From IMG/VR virus record IMGVR_UViG_3300033475_000011, positions 16,752-80,751 of that record: a stretch of DNA of 64,000 bases, one strand, 5' to 3'. Shown one piece after another: positions 16,302-25,935 of this stretch (within the stretch, counting starts at the first letter, position 1; each line of letters opens with the position of its first letter). A program made the translations under genes and the position numbers. Source of the DNA: a virus. Lineage: Duplodnaviria > Caudoviricetes. The notes beneath the pieces were generated by a model, which worked only from the letters and a program-made list of their open reading frames with translations, searched no databases and had not been told where the DNA came from.

Positions 16302-17252
16302 ATGCCTGTCACTCAGAACAACTACAACCAGTGGATCCCGGTCGAATACTCGCCGGATGTCATCCAGCGTGTCAAGCAGATGTCCGCGGTCATCGCGTAT
16401 GGACAGAACGTGCCGATGTCCACTGAGTCGCGCTCCACCCCGCGGTCTGGTGGCGTCACCATGGGCGGTATCGCCAAGGGTGGCGACTACGGCCAGGACA
16501 CCACCACGGCGAATGATGCGGTGTGGCTGTATGCGCAGAAGTACGGTGGCGCTGTGCCGATCGCCGAGGAAGACTTGAACGACAGCCTCGCTGACATCGT
16601 GAACGCGAAGACCAACGACGCGGCCACCTCGTTCGCGAAGCTGTTCGACAACTCGTGCCTCGGGGTCACTGCGGCGAAGGCGGCCACGGGGTGGGCGTTC
16701 GACTCGCTGTACTACATCCTTTCGCAGTCTGACGCGTCCACCGGGTACACCGCGAACGCGAACATCACCCAGACCGCCACGGGCGGCCCGACCCTCACCT
16801 ACGCCAATACCCGCGCGCCTCTCGCGAAACTGGAGCAGGGCGACTACTTCGATCCGGGCGGCACCGTGGTGATCGCGCACCCCGCTTTCGCTGACGGTCT
16901 CCGTGGTGTGGTGGACAACCAGGGCCGGCCGATCTTCAACGAATCGACCAACGGTGTTGCTGGCGGTGGCCAGGGCACGACCCCGACCCTGTTCGGTCAT
17001 CCGCTGCACTTCAGTCTGGGCGCGAAGACCGCCGCGACCCCGACGCCGACCCCGACCGGTAACCCGCTCATGATCGTGTGCTCGGCGTCGTACCTGTACG
17101 TCGGGAACCGTGAGCCGCTGTCGGTGCAGGCCATCGATGGCAACACCGGCCTGGGCGCCTTGACAGACACAAGCTACCTCAAGTTCCGTGCCCGTAAGGC
17201 TTTCGCGCCTGGTCACGAGAACGCGTTTGCGATCCTGGAGTGGCGTCAGTAG
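16302..17252 (+). CDS. Major capsid protein (HK97 fold)
   Basis: AGGAG SD; 316 aa; position; TLFGHPL motif. Confidence 0.9.
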   Translation: MPVTQNNYNQWIPVEYSPDVIQRVKQMSAVIAYGQNVPMSTESRSTPRSGGVTMGGIAKGGDYGQDTTTANDAVWLYAQKYGGAVPIAEEDLNDSLADIVNAKTNDAATSFAKLFDNSCLGVTAAKAATGWAFDSLYYILSQSDASTGYTANANITQTATGGPTLTYANTRAPLAKLEQGDYFDPGGTVVIAHPAFADGLRGVVDNQGRPIFNESTNGVAGGGQGTTPTLFGHPLHFSLGAKTAATPTPTPTGNPLMIVCSASYLYVGNREPLSVQAIDGNTGLGALTDTSYLKFRARKAFAPGHENAFAILEWRQ

Positions 17253-17261
17253 TCATCGGAC

Positions 17262-17296
17262 GACCGGAGAGCCCTGCAACGAGAGGTTCTCCGGTC
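17262..17296 (+). terminator. Hairpin after the capsid gene
   Basis: GACCGGAGA/TCTCCGGTC. Confidence 0.45.
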
Positions 17297-17315
17297 CCCG
17301 CGAGGGGAGCAACTG

Positions 17316-17768
17316 ATGACTGAATCCAACCAAGCGACGTGGGCCACCACTGCGGATGTGCTGACCTTCACCGGGGTGACCGTGACGGACGCCCAGTTGA
17401 TGGTGGCGGCCGGCACGGTCGATGTGCACGCTAAGCGCACCTACGACGACGAGATCCGCGTGGGCAGCCGAGACAAGTACTGGTTGAAGCTCGCAGTGTG
17501 CTATCAGGCGGCGTGGCTGTCGATGCAGCCGGACGCGTTCCTGCGGCTCGATATCACCTCGATGGGCTCGACTCGGTCCGCGACCCAGTTGGGTCCGAAT
17601 GCGATGACTTTGGGGCCTTTCGCGAAGAAGGCCCTGAAGAACGTCAGCTGGCTGAAGGGTCGAAGTCTGCATGTGCAGTCCGCGTTCACTGATGGCGTGG
17701 GTGTGCTCGGGACGGATCCGCTCTCGTCGGGCTCTGATGACCTGTACCCGTGGTCTCCCATCGAATAG
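17316..17768 (+). CDS. Head-tail adaptor
   Basis: Synteny; LKLAVCYQAAW motif. Confidence 0.75.
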   Translation: MTESNQATWATTADVLTFTGVTVTDAQLMVAAGTVDVHAKRTYDDEIRVGSRDKYWLKLAVCYQAAWLSMQPDAFLRLDITSMGSTRSATQLGPNAMTLGPFAKKALKNVSWLKGRSLHVQSAFTDGVGVLGTDPLSSGSDDLYPWSPIE

Positions 17769-17781
17769 GTGGTGATCGCCG

Positions 17782-18117
17782 ATGTACGCCATGGCCACCT
17801 GCCTCGCGTCGATCCTGCGCCGCCAGGACAGCGTCGACGAGTACGGGGATCCCGCCGGCCAGTATGTGCCGGTCGTGTCAGGGGTGATTGCGTCGATCAT
17901 CGAGGCCGGGAACACGGTGTTCGATCGGGCGACGCAAACCCCGCGCGCGGTCCGGTCCATCAACGGCACGTTCCCCTATGGCACTGATGTGCAGGTTGGG
18001 GACCGGGTTCGGGACGACACCCACAGCGTCACCTACGTCGTCATGTCCACGACGGTGCCACGCACACCGGGATATCAGCCGGATCTGGTGGCGGACCTGA
18101 AGAAGGTGACCGACTGA
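17782..18117 (+). CDS. Head-tail stopper
   Basis: Synteny; DVQVGDRVRD..TYVV. Confidence 0.75.
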   Translation: MYAMATCLASILRRQDSVDEYGDPAGQYVPVVSGVIASIIEAGNTVFDRATQTPRAVRSINGTFPYGTDVQVGDRVRDDTHSVTYVVMSTTVPRTPGYQPDLVADLKKVTD

Positions 18118-18452
18118 TGGCCCGCTTCGAAGAAGCCCCCGACTGGCACGAGAAGGTCCACGGCTTCAGCCGGGAAACCCTCTCCAACGTCGTCCAGCAG
18201 GTGCATGAGATGGCGGACCGGATCGTGCCGGTCGACACAGGGCTGCTCAAGTCCCGCCTGTATTCACAGGTGGATGTGGACGGGATGTCCGGTGTGGTTG
18301 GTGACGACGCCGACTACGCACGTTGGGTCGAAGAGGGTCACCGGGTCGCCTACAGGGGCGCGGACGGCACGATCCACTACACCGGGACTGTGGTGCCGCC
18401 CCAACCGTATCTACGGACCTCGTTGAACTCGGCACGGGTCGAGGGCACATGA
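18117..18452 (+). CDS. HK97 gp10-like tail completion protein
   Basis: VPVDTGLLKS..YARWVEEG..QPYLR. Confidence 0.85.
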   Translation: MARFEEAPDWHEKVHGFSRETLSNVVQQVHEMADRIVPVDTGLLKSRLYSQVDVDGMSGVVGDDADYARWVEEGHRVAYRGADGTIHYTGTVVPPQPYLRTSLNSARVEGT

Positions 18453-18901
18453 CCAGGTATGTGACGACCGAGAAGGTCGTTGTCGCCTGGCTCGCCTCTC
18501 TGCCGGGGATCACTGCCGCGATGGTGGATCCCCAACTCCCACCGCCCGACAGCAACGGGAACCTGTCGTGGGCCGCGTCCGGGTTCATCACCCCATACGG
18601 CCTGGGTGGCGCGCCGAACATCTACGTGCCGGTGGCGAAACCCGTGGTCGGGTTGAAGTGCTGGACCGTGGACCCGACTACCGGTGTGCCGCCGTGGAAC
18701 AAGGCCGCGAACCTTGCCGAGACGATCCGGGCCGGGTGTTTCACCAACAGTGACTCCCAGTTCCTGACGATCCCGTACGCCGATTGGGATGCGCGCCTTA
18801 TCTCCGCATACATGCTGACCGAGCCACGGCGTGCGTTCGGCGACCTCGGGGACTACGCGTGCTTCGACTGCGAAGTCCAGTTGCACTGGCACGCCCACTA
18901 A
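18449..18901 (+). CDS. Tail terminator
   Basis: Synteny; ATGA coupling. Confidence 0.75.
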   Translation: MTRYVTTEKVVVAWLASLPGITAAMVDPQLPPPDSNGNLSWAASGFITPYGLGGAPNIYVPVAKPVVGLKCWTVDPTTGVPPWNKAANLAETIRAGCFTNSDSQFLTIPYADWDARLISAYMLTEPRRAFGDLGDYACFDCEVQLHWHAH

Positions 18902-18902
18902 T

Positions 18903-18930
18903 ACCCCGCTGATCGGGGTTTCTTCTCTCT
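18903..18930 (+). terminator. Putative intrinsic terminator before the major tail gene
   Basis: ACCCCG/CGGGGT followed by a pyrimidine tract. Confidence 0.45.
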
Positions 18931-18988
18931 TCACCTCGTTTGGGATCGGTGCTGCCGATTTCCCATGCCCTCCTGAAAGGAAAGACCG

Positions 18989-19567
18989 TTGGCCGTAAAC
19001 AATGTGGCGAACGTGCTCATGGGGCCGGCGACCATCTATGTGGGCGCGTCCGGTGTCATCACCGCGCCCCCCGCCGACTCCGCTGTCAACTCCACCCCGG
19101 CTGGATCGGCGTGGACGGACGTGGGCGGCACCGATGGTGGTCTCACCCTCGAGATCACCCCGAAATTCACCGATTTCTCGCTCGACCAGATCGTGGATAC
19201 GCCGGGGTCGCGGCTCACGTCGCGCACCATCATGGCGACCGTGACCCTTGCGGAGGCGACCTTGGCCAACTTGGCCACCGCGCTGAACACCACGATCGGG
19301 GCGACCGGCTCTGGGTACGGCACTGTCGAGCCGAACTACGGGCAGTTCGCCACCCAGGTGCCGTACATCTCGGTGCTGATCGACGGGTGGGCCCCCGCCG
19401 GGTCGGTGGCGAACGCCCGCCGCCGCATCTACTTCCCGCGCGCGCTCAGCACCGGGAAGTTCAGCATCGTGTACGCAAAGGACAAGCAGGTCGGCTACGA
19501 CGTGCAGTTCCAGGCCTATTACGCCTCTGCCTCGACCGCACCCTTCCACATCGTTGATCAGCAGTAA
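18989..19567 (+). CDS. Major tail protein
   Basis: WTDVGGTDGGL..LAEATLANL; GAAAGGA SD. Confidence 0.9.
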   Translation: MAVNNVANVLMGPATIYVGASGVITAPPADSAVNSTPAGSAWTDVGGTDGGLTLEITPKFTDFSLDQIVDTPGSRLTSRTIMATVTLAEATLANLATALNTTIGATGSGYGTVEPNYGQFATQVPYISVLIDGWAPAGSVANARRRIYFPRALSTGKFSIVYAKDKQVGYDVQFQAYYASASTAPFHIVDQQ

Positions 19568-19665
19568 CTCACTGTTCCCCAATCCTCGTGGAGGGGTGGT
19601 GTTGTGCCCTCGCAGGCGACATCACCCCTCCACGGGCCCAACCACACTGCGAGGAGACACAACCG

Positions 19666-20046
19666 ATGCCCGCTGCACGCAAACCCCGAGTCGTCCCCAA
19701 GGTCGACGCTGAAGACACGTTCGACCTGGTTGACCTGGACGCACAGAGCGATGAAGAGCGAAGCGAGTTTGAGCACACGGCACCGCTGTTCACCATCAAC
19801 GGTGTCACCTACGAAGCGCGCACCACGTTCAGTGCCGGCGAGGCGATGACCTACGCCAAAACCGCGCGGGAACGCGGCCTCGACGACGCTGTGTCGTATG
19901 CGATGGTCCTCGCGGTCGGGGAGGACGGCTGGCGTGCACTCGTCACCCACCCCACCCTCAGCAACGACACGATGTCGATGCTCATCGACCAGGTGGTGAT
20001 GCGGGTGAACCCGCCGGTGGACACCCCAAAATCCTCGATGCAGTAG
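19666..20046 (+). CDS. Tail assembly chaperone
   Basis: GAGGAG SD; lies between MTP and TMP. Confidence 0.85.
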   Translation: MPAARKPRVVPKVDAEDTFDLVDLDAQSDEERSEFEHTAPLFTINGVTYEARTTFSAGEAMTYAKTARERGLDDAVSYAMVLAVGEDGWRALVTHPTLSNDTMSMLIDQVVMRVNPPVDTPKSSMQ

Positions 20047-20363
20047 CCGGCAACCTGTGGGTGCTGGATCACCTCGATGACGTGCGTTCGGACTTCTCGG
20101 TGTTCCATCGGGTCGACGTGATCGAGGAGCTACCGGCACGCCGGTTCTTCACGTTGGCTCGCCGTCTCGCCCACTATCAGGGTGCGATGCGGAACATCGC
20201 CATCGTCGCGGTGCAGTCCACTGATCCGGAAGCCCCACCGCCGGCGCCTGTTTCGTCGCGTGAACCCGCCAACGATGACGCCATCGCCGCCAGTGTCGAC
20301 CTGATGGCCATCCACCCCGTGTGGGGCTCGGTCGGCGCCTACGCCAAAGCACCCGCGGAATAG
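20025..20363 (+). CDS. Tail chaperone -1 frameshift extension (slippery C CCA AAA at 20025-20031)
   Basis: X XXY YYZ heptamer; the -1 frame reads ILDAVAGNLWVLDHLDDVRSDF.. through to 20363. Confidence 0.85.
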   Translation, partial: PKILDAVAGNLWVLDHLDDVRSDFSVFHRVDVIEELPARRFFTLARRLAHYQGAMRNIAIVAVQSTDPEAPPPAPVSSREPANDDAIAASVDLMAIHPVWGSVGAYAKAPAE

Positions 20364-20380
20364 CCCTTTGGGAGGTCGTC

Positions 20381-23300
20381 GTGCCCGAAGGCGTCGAGAT
20401 CGGCAAAGCCTATGTGACCGTCAACCTCGACGACCAAACCGCCAGCGACTACGCACAGATCCGCACGAATCTGGAGCGGGAAACCCCGGTCACGGTCAAA
20501 GCGAAGGTCGTTTTCGACGCCGATCCGCTGGAGGAAACCCGGCGACAGACCCGGGACGCGCCCCCCGTTGAAGTGCCGGTCAAGGCGAAGAACCCGATCG
20601 ACGAAGCATGGCGGACACAGGTCCAGTCGTCGCTCAAGGCCGTCACCGGACAGTCTCTCAAGATCCCGGCGACTCCGGACACGGCTGAATATCGTGCCCA
20701 GCTGGTTTCGACGATCACTTCGCTTCAGGAGCAGTTGAAGCAGGAGATCCCTGCGGATCTCGCTGAGGCAGACAGGTTCAAAGCCTCCGTTGAGACACTC
20801 GTTCGGGTCACTGAAGAAGAGGTCAATCTCCGCATCCCGGTGGATGTGGACACCGACAGTGCGGTGCAGCACTTCCAGGAACTGTCGGATACTGCGGATG
20901 AGGAGACGCAGAAGACCGCGTCATCGGTCAACTCGTTGTCGCGGCGTGCGGCGATCGCGTTTGCCGCCATGTTCCTCGGCATGCCCACTGCGGCCGTCAC
21001 GGCAACCGCCGCCACTGCCGCTGCTTTGGGTGGGATGGATGCGGCGTTCATCGCCGCCGGCGCCGCGGCGTTGCGAAACAACGCCCAAGTGTCGGAGTCA
21101 TGGCGTGGCCTCGGGGCGAACCTGAAGAGCGAAGCCGCATCATGGGCCCAGCCCTTGGTGCAGCCGTTCGCCGATTCGGCCGACGAAATCCAGGGCACTG
21201 TGGATCGGCTGGGGCCGATGATCCAGGCCGGGTTCTCGAGCAGCGTCCCTGCAGTGGGGATCCTCACCCAGTCGATCGACGATTTCGCGTCGCGCGCCAT
21301 GCCCGGGGCGGTGATCGCCACCGAGAACGCGACTGCCCCTCTGCTGGGGCTGGAGTCAGCGTCCCAGCAGGCCGGTTCGGGTGTCACCGAGTTCTTCCTC
21401 AACCTGAGCCAGGGTGCGCAGTCATCGCAGGCGGTGATCTCCACTGCGGGTGGGATGATCCGGGACTTCGCGTCGTTCGCCGGCACCCTGTTCGCGAACC
21501 TCACCAACAACGGTGGCCCATCACTCAACGCGTTCCGCGGTGGGTTGCAGCAGGTGGAGCAAACCCTGCTGACCATCACCGCCAACGGGTCTGCGGTGTA
21601 CGGGTTCTTCAACGGCTTCACCTCGAGCGTGTCCGGGATGCTCACCGTGGTGCGTGCCGCGGCATCGGTGCTGTCGCTCCTCCCGAACGAGGTGACTGGG
21701 TTCGCCGGTTCGTTCACCGCCACGTCGGCGATCGCGTCGAAGTTCGGTTTGGATGTGGGGAACGCGTTCTCCGGCATCAAGCAGAAGATCGACGACGCCG
21801 ATGGGGCCGGGTCGAAGTTCCGGGCCGGTGTGTCCGGGCTCGTTGAGGGCGCGTTGAGCCCCGCCACGTTGGCGGTAACTGGCCTGTCGGCTGTGTTGAT
21901 GATCTTGGGTCAGCACGAGCAGGACGTGGCCGCGCAAACCGCCGCCCACACCGGGCGTGTGCAGGACCTGACGGCGGCTTTGCAGGCATCCAACGGCGCG
22001 ATCGACTCGAACGTCACCAAAACCGCGGCGATGGCGCTGCAGGATTACGACGCCGGAGACGGAAAACGGAACCTGCTCGCCGACGTGAACAACCTGGTCG
22101 GCCCGCAGGGTGTCCCGCTCCTCACCCAAGCCTATTTGGGTAACACGGACGCACAGGCCCAGTTGGCGCAACAGCTGCAGACCACGATCGCCGGGCACCG
22201 CGAGCAGGTGAACATGCTCAACGCGGCGAAGATGCCGTGGGACGACCACATCAAAATGATCGACGGTGTCGTCTACAGCTACGACAACACCGCCCTGTCC
22301 GCGCAGCAGCTGTTGAACATCATCGGCGCTGAGGGTGGCACGTTCCAGCAAGCGTCGTCGAACGCCGGCTTGCTGTCGCAGGCCATCAACGGTGTGTCGG
22401 CCGCGAACGTGGGTGCCGCGGTCGCAGGACTCACGGGTACGCAGGCCATCCAGTCGCAGCTGTCGGTGTCGAACGCCGCAGCGGCGATCAGTGACCGGCT
22501 GCAGCAGGCGTATCAGCAGGAGGTGCAGGCGTCCCAGTCGGTGGCGTCGGCACAGCACAGTCTCGCCCAGTCGGGTCAGGCTGTGACGAACGCTCAGCAC
22601 AGTGTGGAGCAGGCCCAGATGGGTGTCGCGTCGGCGTCCCAGGCTGTGGCGAATGCCGAGCACAGTGTGGAGCAGGCCCAGCGGTCTCAGCAGCAGGCGT
22701 TGCAGGGTGTCACCACGGCTCAGAGGTCGTACACGCAGGCGCAGCAGGATGCGGTGCAGGCGGAGAACGACCTCAATAAGGCGCGTGAGCAGGCTGTGCA
22801 GGACTTGAAGGACCTGCACCTGCAGTTGGCGGACCAATCCGTGTCGGTGGGGCAGGCTCAGGTGAGCTTGTTCGATGCCCAAAACCAGGCCGCCGGCCTC
22901 GGGGTGACTCTGGCGAATGCGCAAGCGGTGTCGTCGCAGCAGATCACCACCGCCAACGAGGACCAAGTCAAGGCCGCGCTGAACCTGCTGTCGGCACAGA
23001 ACCAGCTGAATGACGCCCAAAACCAGAACTCGAAGCTGCAAACGCAGGTCAACGAAGCCGACGCGGCTGGTGTCGAGGGCGCGGCCGGGGTTGTGGCAGC
23101 GAAGAAGGCGTTGGCGTCGGCGAACGACCAGGTCACTGCCGCGGCGCAAGCAGTGACGCAGGCACAGCAGCAGGTCACCGACGCGAACTGGAACCTACAA
23201 CAAGCCGACATTGGTTTGGCGAACGCGCACCAGGGTGTTCGGGACGCGGCGTGGAGTTTGCAGCAGGCCGAGCTTGGTGTGCGGGATGCGCAGTGGAGCC

Positions 23301-24601
23301 AAAACCAGGCTGCGATCCAGTTGAAAACGTCGCAGATCGCGCTACGTCAGGCGCAGGACGCGGCGTCCACGTCACTGGACACGAACACCGCAGCCGGCCG
23401 CCAGAACCTCGCTGCCTTGATGAGTCTGTGGGATGCGATCCAGAAGCAGGGTGGCCCGGTCCAGGACCAGTACAAGAAGCTGGTGGACGAGACCGCGGCT
23501 TCGTTCGGTTGGTCCGCTGATCAGGCCGATGCGTATCTGAAGAAGCTGGGACTGATCCCCGCAGACTTCCGTTACAGCGTCACCGCGGTCGGTCAGGTTG
23601 ATCTAGGTGCGATCGGGTCGGCGATCAACAGTGTCGCCGGCCAGAACTTTTGGCACTTCGCCGACGGCGGGCATGTTCGGGGCGCTGGCGGGCCGAAGGA
23701 CGACAAGATCAATGCGAAGCTGTCGAACAACGAGTTCGTGCAGCCCTCCGACGCGGTGGATCACTACGGCGTGGGGTTCATGGAGGCGGTGCGCACCAAG
23801 ACCTACCCGAAGGGTGGGGACGGTGCGTCCCTGCCGGGGTTCGCTACCGGCGGCTTGGTGAGCATGCTCGACGGTGAGGCTCAGCTGGCGGTCACCGGAA
23901 CCGCCTACCAGTCCGCGGTGAACGCGCTCGAAGTCGGTGGACTGCCGCACCCTCCGGGACTCCCGGCATATGTGCCGCCGGACGCGACAACCGGCGCGAT
24001 CTCGTATGTTGCCGGGTCTGGTGTTGCCCAGTGGGCTCCGCAGATCCTTCAGGCCCTGTCGATGCTGGGTCAACCGGCGTCGTGGTTGGGCACGGTTGAG
24101 CGGCGCATGGCCCAGGAGTCGGGCGGCAACCCCAACGTCGTCAACAAGTGGGACAGCAACTGGGCGAAGGGCACGCCGTCAGTCGGCCTGATGCAGGTGA
24201 TTGGCCCGACGTTCAGGTCCTACGCCGGCCAGTTCGGCGGCACCGGACCGTTCTCGTACGGGGTGTCGGTTGATCCGCTGGCGAACATCTTCGCCGGCCT
24301 CAACTACGCGCTCCACAGGTACGGCAGCCTGTCTGCGCTGAACCGGCCCGGTGGCTACGACTCGGGCGGGTTCATGCTCGACAACCTGGCACTCAACTCC
24401 ACCGGGAAACCGGAAATGGTGCTACCACCGGGGTTGACCGACACGATGATGTCGATCCACAACATGGTGCAGCAGCAGACCCGGACCACCGGCGGCACGG
24501 CGGCCGGGACGCAGGTGTCGGTGAACGTATCGACGGCGGCGACAGACCCGTACGAGACTGCGCAAGCCACGGCACGCGAAATCGCGTGGGTGCTGCGGTG
24601 A
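20381..24601 (+). CDS. Tape measure protein with C-terminal lytic transglycosylase
   Basis: About 1400 aa, Ala/Gln-rich heptads; QESGGNP..SVGLMQVI SLT motif. Confidence 0.95.
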   Translation: MPEGVEIGKAYVTVNLDDQTASDYAQIRTNLERETPVTVKAKVVFDADPLEETRRQTRDAPPVEVPVKAKNPIDEAWRTQVQSSLKAVTGQSLKIPATPDTAEYRAQLVSTITSLQEQLKQEIPADLAEADRFKASVETLVRVTEEEVNLRIPVDVDTDSAVQHFQELSDTADEETQKTASSVNSLSRRAAIAFAAMFLGMPTAAVTATAATAAALGGMDAAFIAAGAAALRNNAQVSESWRGLGANLKSEAASWAQPLVQPFADSADEIQGTVDRLGPMIQAGFSSSVPAVGILTQSIDDFASRAMPGAVIATENATAPLLGLESASQQAGSGVTEFFLNLSQGAQSSQAVISTAGGMIRDFASFAGTLFANLTNNGGPSLNAFRGGLQQVEQTLLTITANGSAVYGFFNGFTSSVSGMLTVVRAAASVLSLLPNEVTGFAGSFTATSAIASKFGLDVGNAFSGIKQKIDDADGAGSKFRAGVSGLVEGALSPATLAVTGLSAVLMILGQHEQDVAAQTAAHTGRVQDLTAALQASNGAIDSNVTKTAAMALQDYDAGDGKRNLLADVNNLVGPQGVPLLTQAYLGNTDAQAQLAQQLQTTIAGHREQVNMLNAAKMPWDDHIKMIDGVVYSYDNTALSAQQLLNIIGAEGGTFQQASSNAGLLSQAINGVSAANVGAAVAGLTGTQAIQSQLSVSNAAAAISDRLQQAYQQEVQASQSVASAQHSLAQSGQAVTNAQHSVEQAQMGVASASQAVANAEHSVEQAQRSQQQALQGVTTAQRSYTQAQQDAVQAENDLNKAREQAVQDLKDLHLQLADQSVSVGQAQVSLFDAQNQAAGLGVTLANAQAVSSQQITTANEDQVKAALNLLSAQNQLNDAQNQNSKLQTQVNEADAAGVEGAAGVVAAKKALASANDQVTAAAQAVTQAQQQVTDANWNLQQADIGLANAHQGVRDAAWSLQQAELGVRDAQWSQNQAAIQLKTSQIALRQAQDAASTSLDTNTAAGRQNLAALMSLWDAIQKQGGPVQDQYKKLVDETAASFGWSADQADAYLKKLGLIPADFRYSVTAVGQVDLGAIGSAINSVAGQNFWHFADGGHVRGAGGPKDDKINAKLSNNEFVQPSDAVDHYGVGFMEAVRTKTYPKGGDGASLPGFATGGLVSMLDGEAQLAVTGTAYQSAVNALEVGGLPHPPGLPAYVPPDATTGAISYVAGSGVAQWAPQILQALSMLGQPASWLGTVERRMAQESGGNPNVVNKWDSNWAKGTPSVGLMQVIGPTFRSYAGQFGGTGPFSYGVSVDPLANIFAGLNYALHRYGSLSALNRPGGYDSGGFMLDNLALNSTGKPEMVLPPGLTDTMMSIHNMVQQQTRTTGGTAAGTQVSVNVSTAATDPYETAQATAREIAWVLR

Positions 24602-24602
24602 C

Positions 24603-24986
24603 CTATTTGAAATCGGCCAGGTAGGTGGGACACGCGTACGACACCAACAACCGAACCACCTCGGTCGCCTGGGCCTTGTACACCTGGGTGGCTGAGGTGA
24701 TGAGGTCGTCCGTGCTCTGCCCCTGCTCGAGCTTGCCGCAGATGCTGGCCGCAAGCTTGTCGATTGTGGCCGGGGTGGCGGTGGCGTCGAAGGGCGCGAT
24801 CTTCGCGTACTCGGTCATCAACTCGGTGCGGCTGATCGGCGCCGGCGCCGCGGGTTGGTCGGTGAGTGCGGCGATGCCACTGTGATGCCCGGTGAGGGTA
24901 GCGGCGAGTGTCACCGCGATGGCGACGACCGCGACCACCACCGCGATGATCGCTGCCCCTGTTTTCGCTGTCATACCAGCTAGCAT
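24603..24986 (-). CDS. Membrane-anchored DUF732-like protein on the opposite strand
   Basis: N-terminal TM helix; AASICGKL..G..LLVSYACP two-Cys pattern. Confidence 0.65.
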   Translation of the reverse strand: MLAGMTAKTGAAIIAVVVAVVAIAVTLAATLTGHHSGIAALTDQPAAPAPISRTELMTEYAKIAPFDATATPATIDKLAASICGKLEQGQSTDDLITSATQVYKAQATEVVRLLVSYACPTYLADFK

Positions 24987-25030
24987 CGCACCCTTTTCGG
25001 TCCCGTTACATGCCTGTCGAGTGGGGGTGA

Positions 25031-25924
25031 GTGGTGGCTGATCCTGACTACTACCCGTCGTTCACGATCGGGTCGTGGCAGACCGGTGTCATCGACACCA
25101 ACGGCGTGAGGTGGTGGGCATCGTCTCCGGACTATGCCGACGGGCCGGGCGTACGGCTGAATCAGACGGACAAGCCTTTCGCCGATGGGGCGTTCCGGAT
25201 CCGGTCGTTCCGGGCGTCGCGGACGATCACGATCCAGGGTGGTGTGGAGTGCCCGGACCGGTATAGCGCGGTCCAGGCCGCCAACACGCTGAAAGCGTTG
25301 TTTCCAGCGGGCGGCCAGCAGTCGATGTTGGTGGATGACGGGATCGCGACCCGTACCTGCACTGTCGAGCTCGCCGCGAACCCCAAGGTCAGCTTCATGG
25401 GGCCGGTGTCGTTCGACTTCCAGTTGCCACTCAGTGCGGTGGATCCCCGCATGTACGACACCGCCACCCTGACTGGCGCCACGACACTGCCGACCCCGGG
25501 CGCGACCGGCCTGAACTGGTCCCCGTCCGCCTCAGCCGGCTTGAACTGGGCACCGTCGGCCACAGGCGGCTTGGACTGGGGATCGGTCTCGAGCAACGGC
25601 GCCCTCGCCATGGCCAACCCTGGAACGGCCTCCACTTGGCCCACGTTCACCCTGGTCGGGCCCCTGATCAACCCGGTGATCACCGATATCGCGACGGGCC
25701 GCACGCTGGCCTACAACGGCACCTTGGTCACCTCCAGCGACTACCTCGTCATCAACTGCAACCCGTTCAACCGGGGCGTGAAGCTGCAAGGCCAGATCGA
25801 CCGGTTCCCGCTCATGACATCCGCGAACTGGATGGAAATCGACGCCGGCGGCTCCCTCACCGTTGCCCTGTCCGGTGCCGGGTCCGGCCAGTTGCAGGCG
25901 TCGTGGAACGCGGCCTACTGGTAG
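25031..25924 (+). CDS. Distal tail (Dit-like) protein
   Basis: Follows TMP; SRTITIQG, NPGTASTWP, WNAAYW. Confidence 0.85.
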   Translation: MVADPDYYPSFTIGSWQTGVIDTNGVRWWASSPDYADGPGVRLNQTDKPFADGAFRIRSFRASRTITIQGGVECPDRYSAVQAANTLKALFPAGGQQSMLVDDGIATRTCTVELAANPKVSFMGPVSFDFQLPLSAVDPRMYDTATLTGATTLPTPGATGLNWSPSASAGLNWAPSATGGLDWGSVSSNGALAMANPGTASTWPTFTLVGPLINPVITDIATGRTLAYNGTLVTSSDYLVINCNPFNRGVKLQGQIDRFPLMTSANWMEIDAGGSLTVALSGAGSGQLQASWNAAYW

Positions 25925-25935
25925 AGGAGACCCCT

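Noticed and set aside
22578-22681. 63-bp-period repeats in the tape measure gene
   Set aside because: Ordinary TMP helical periodicity
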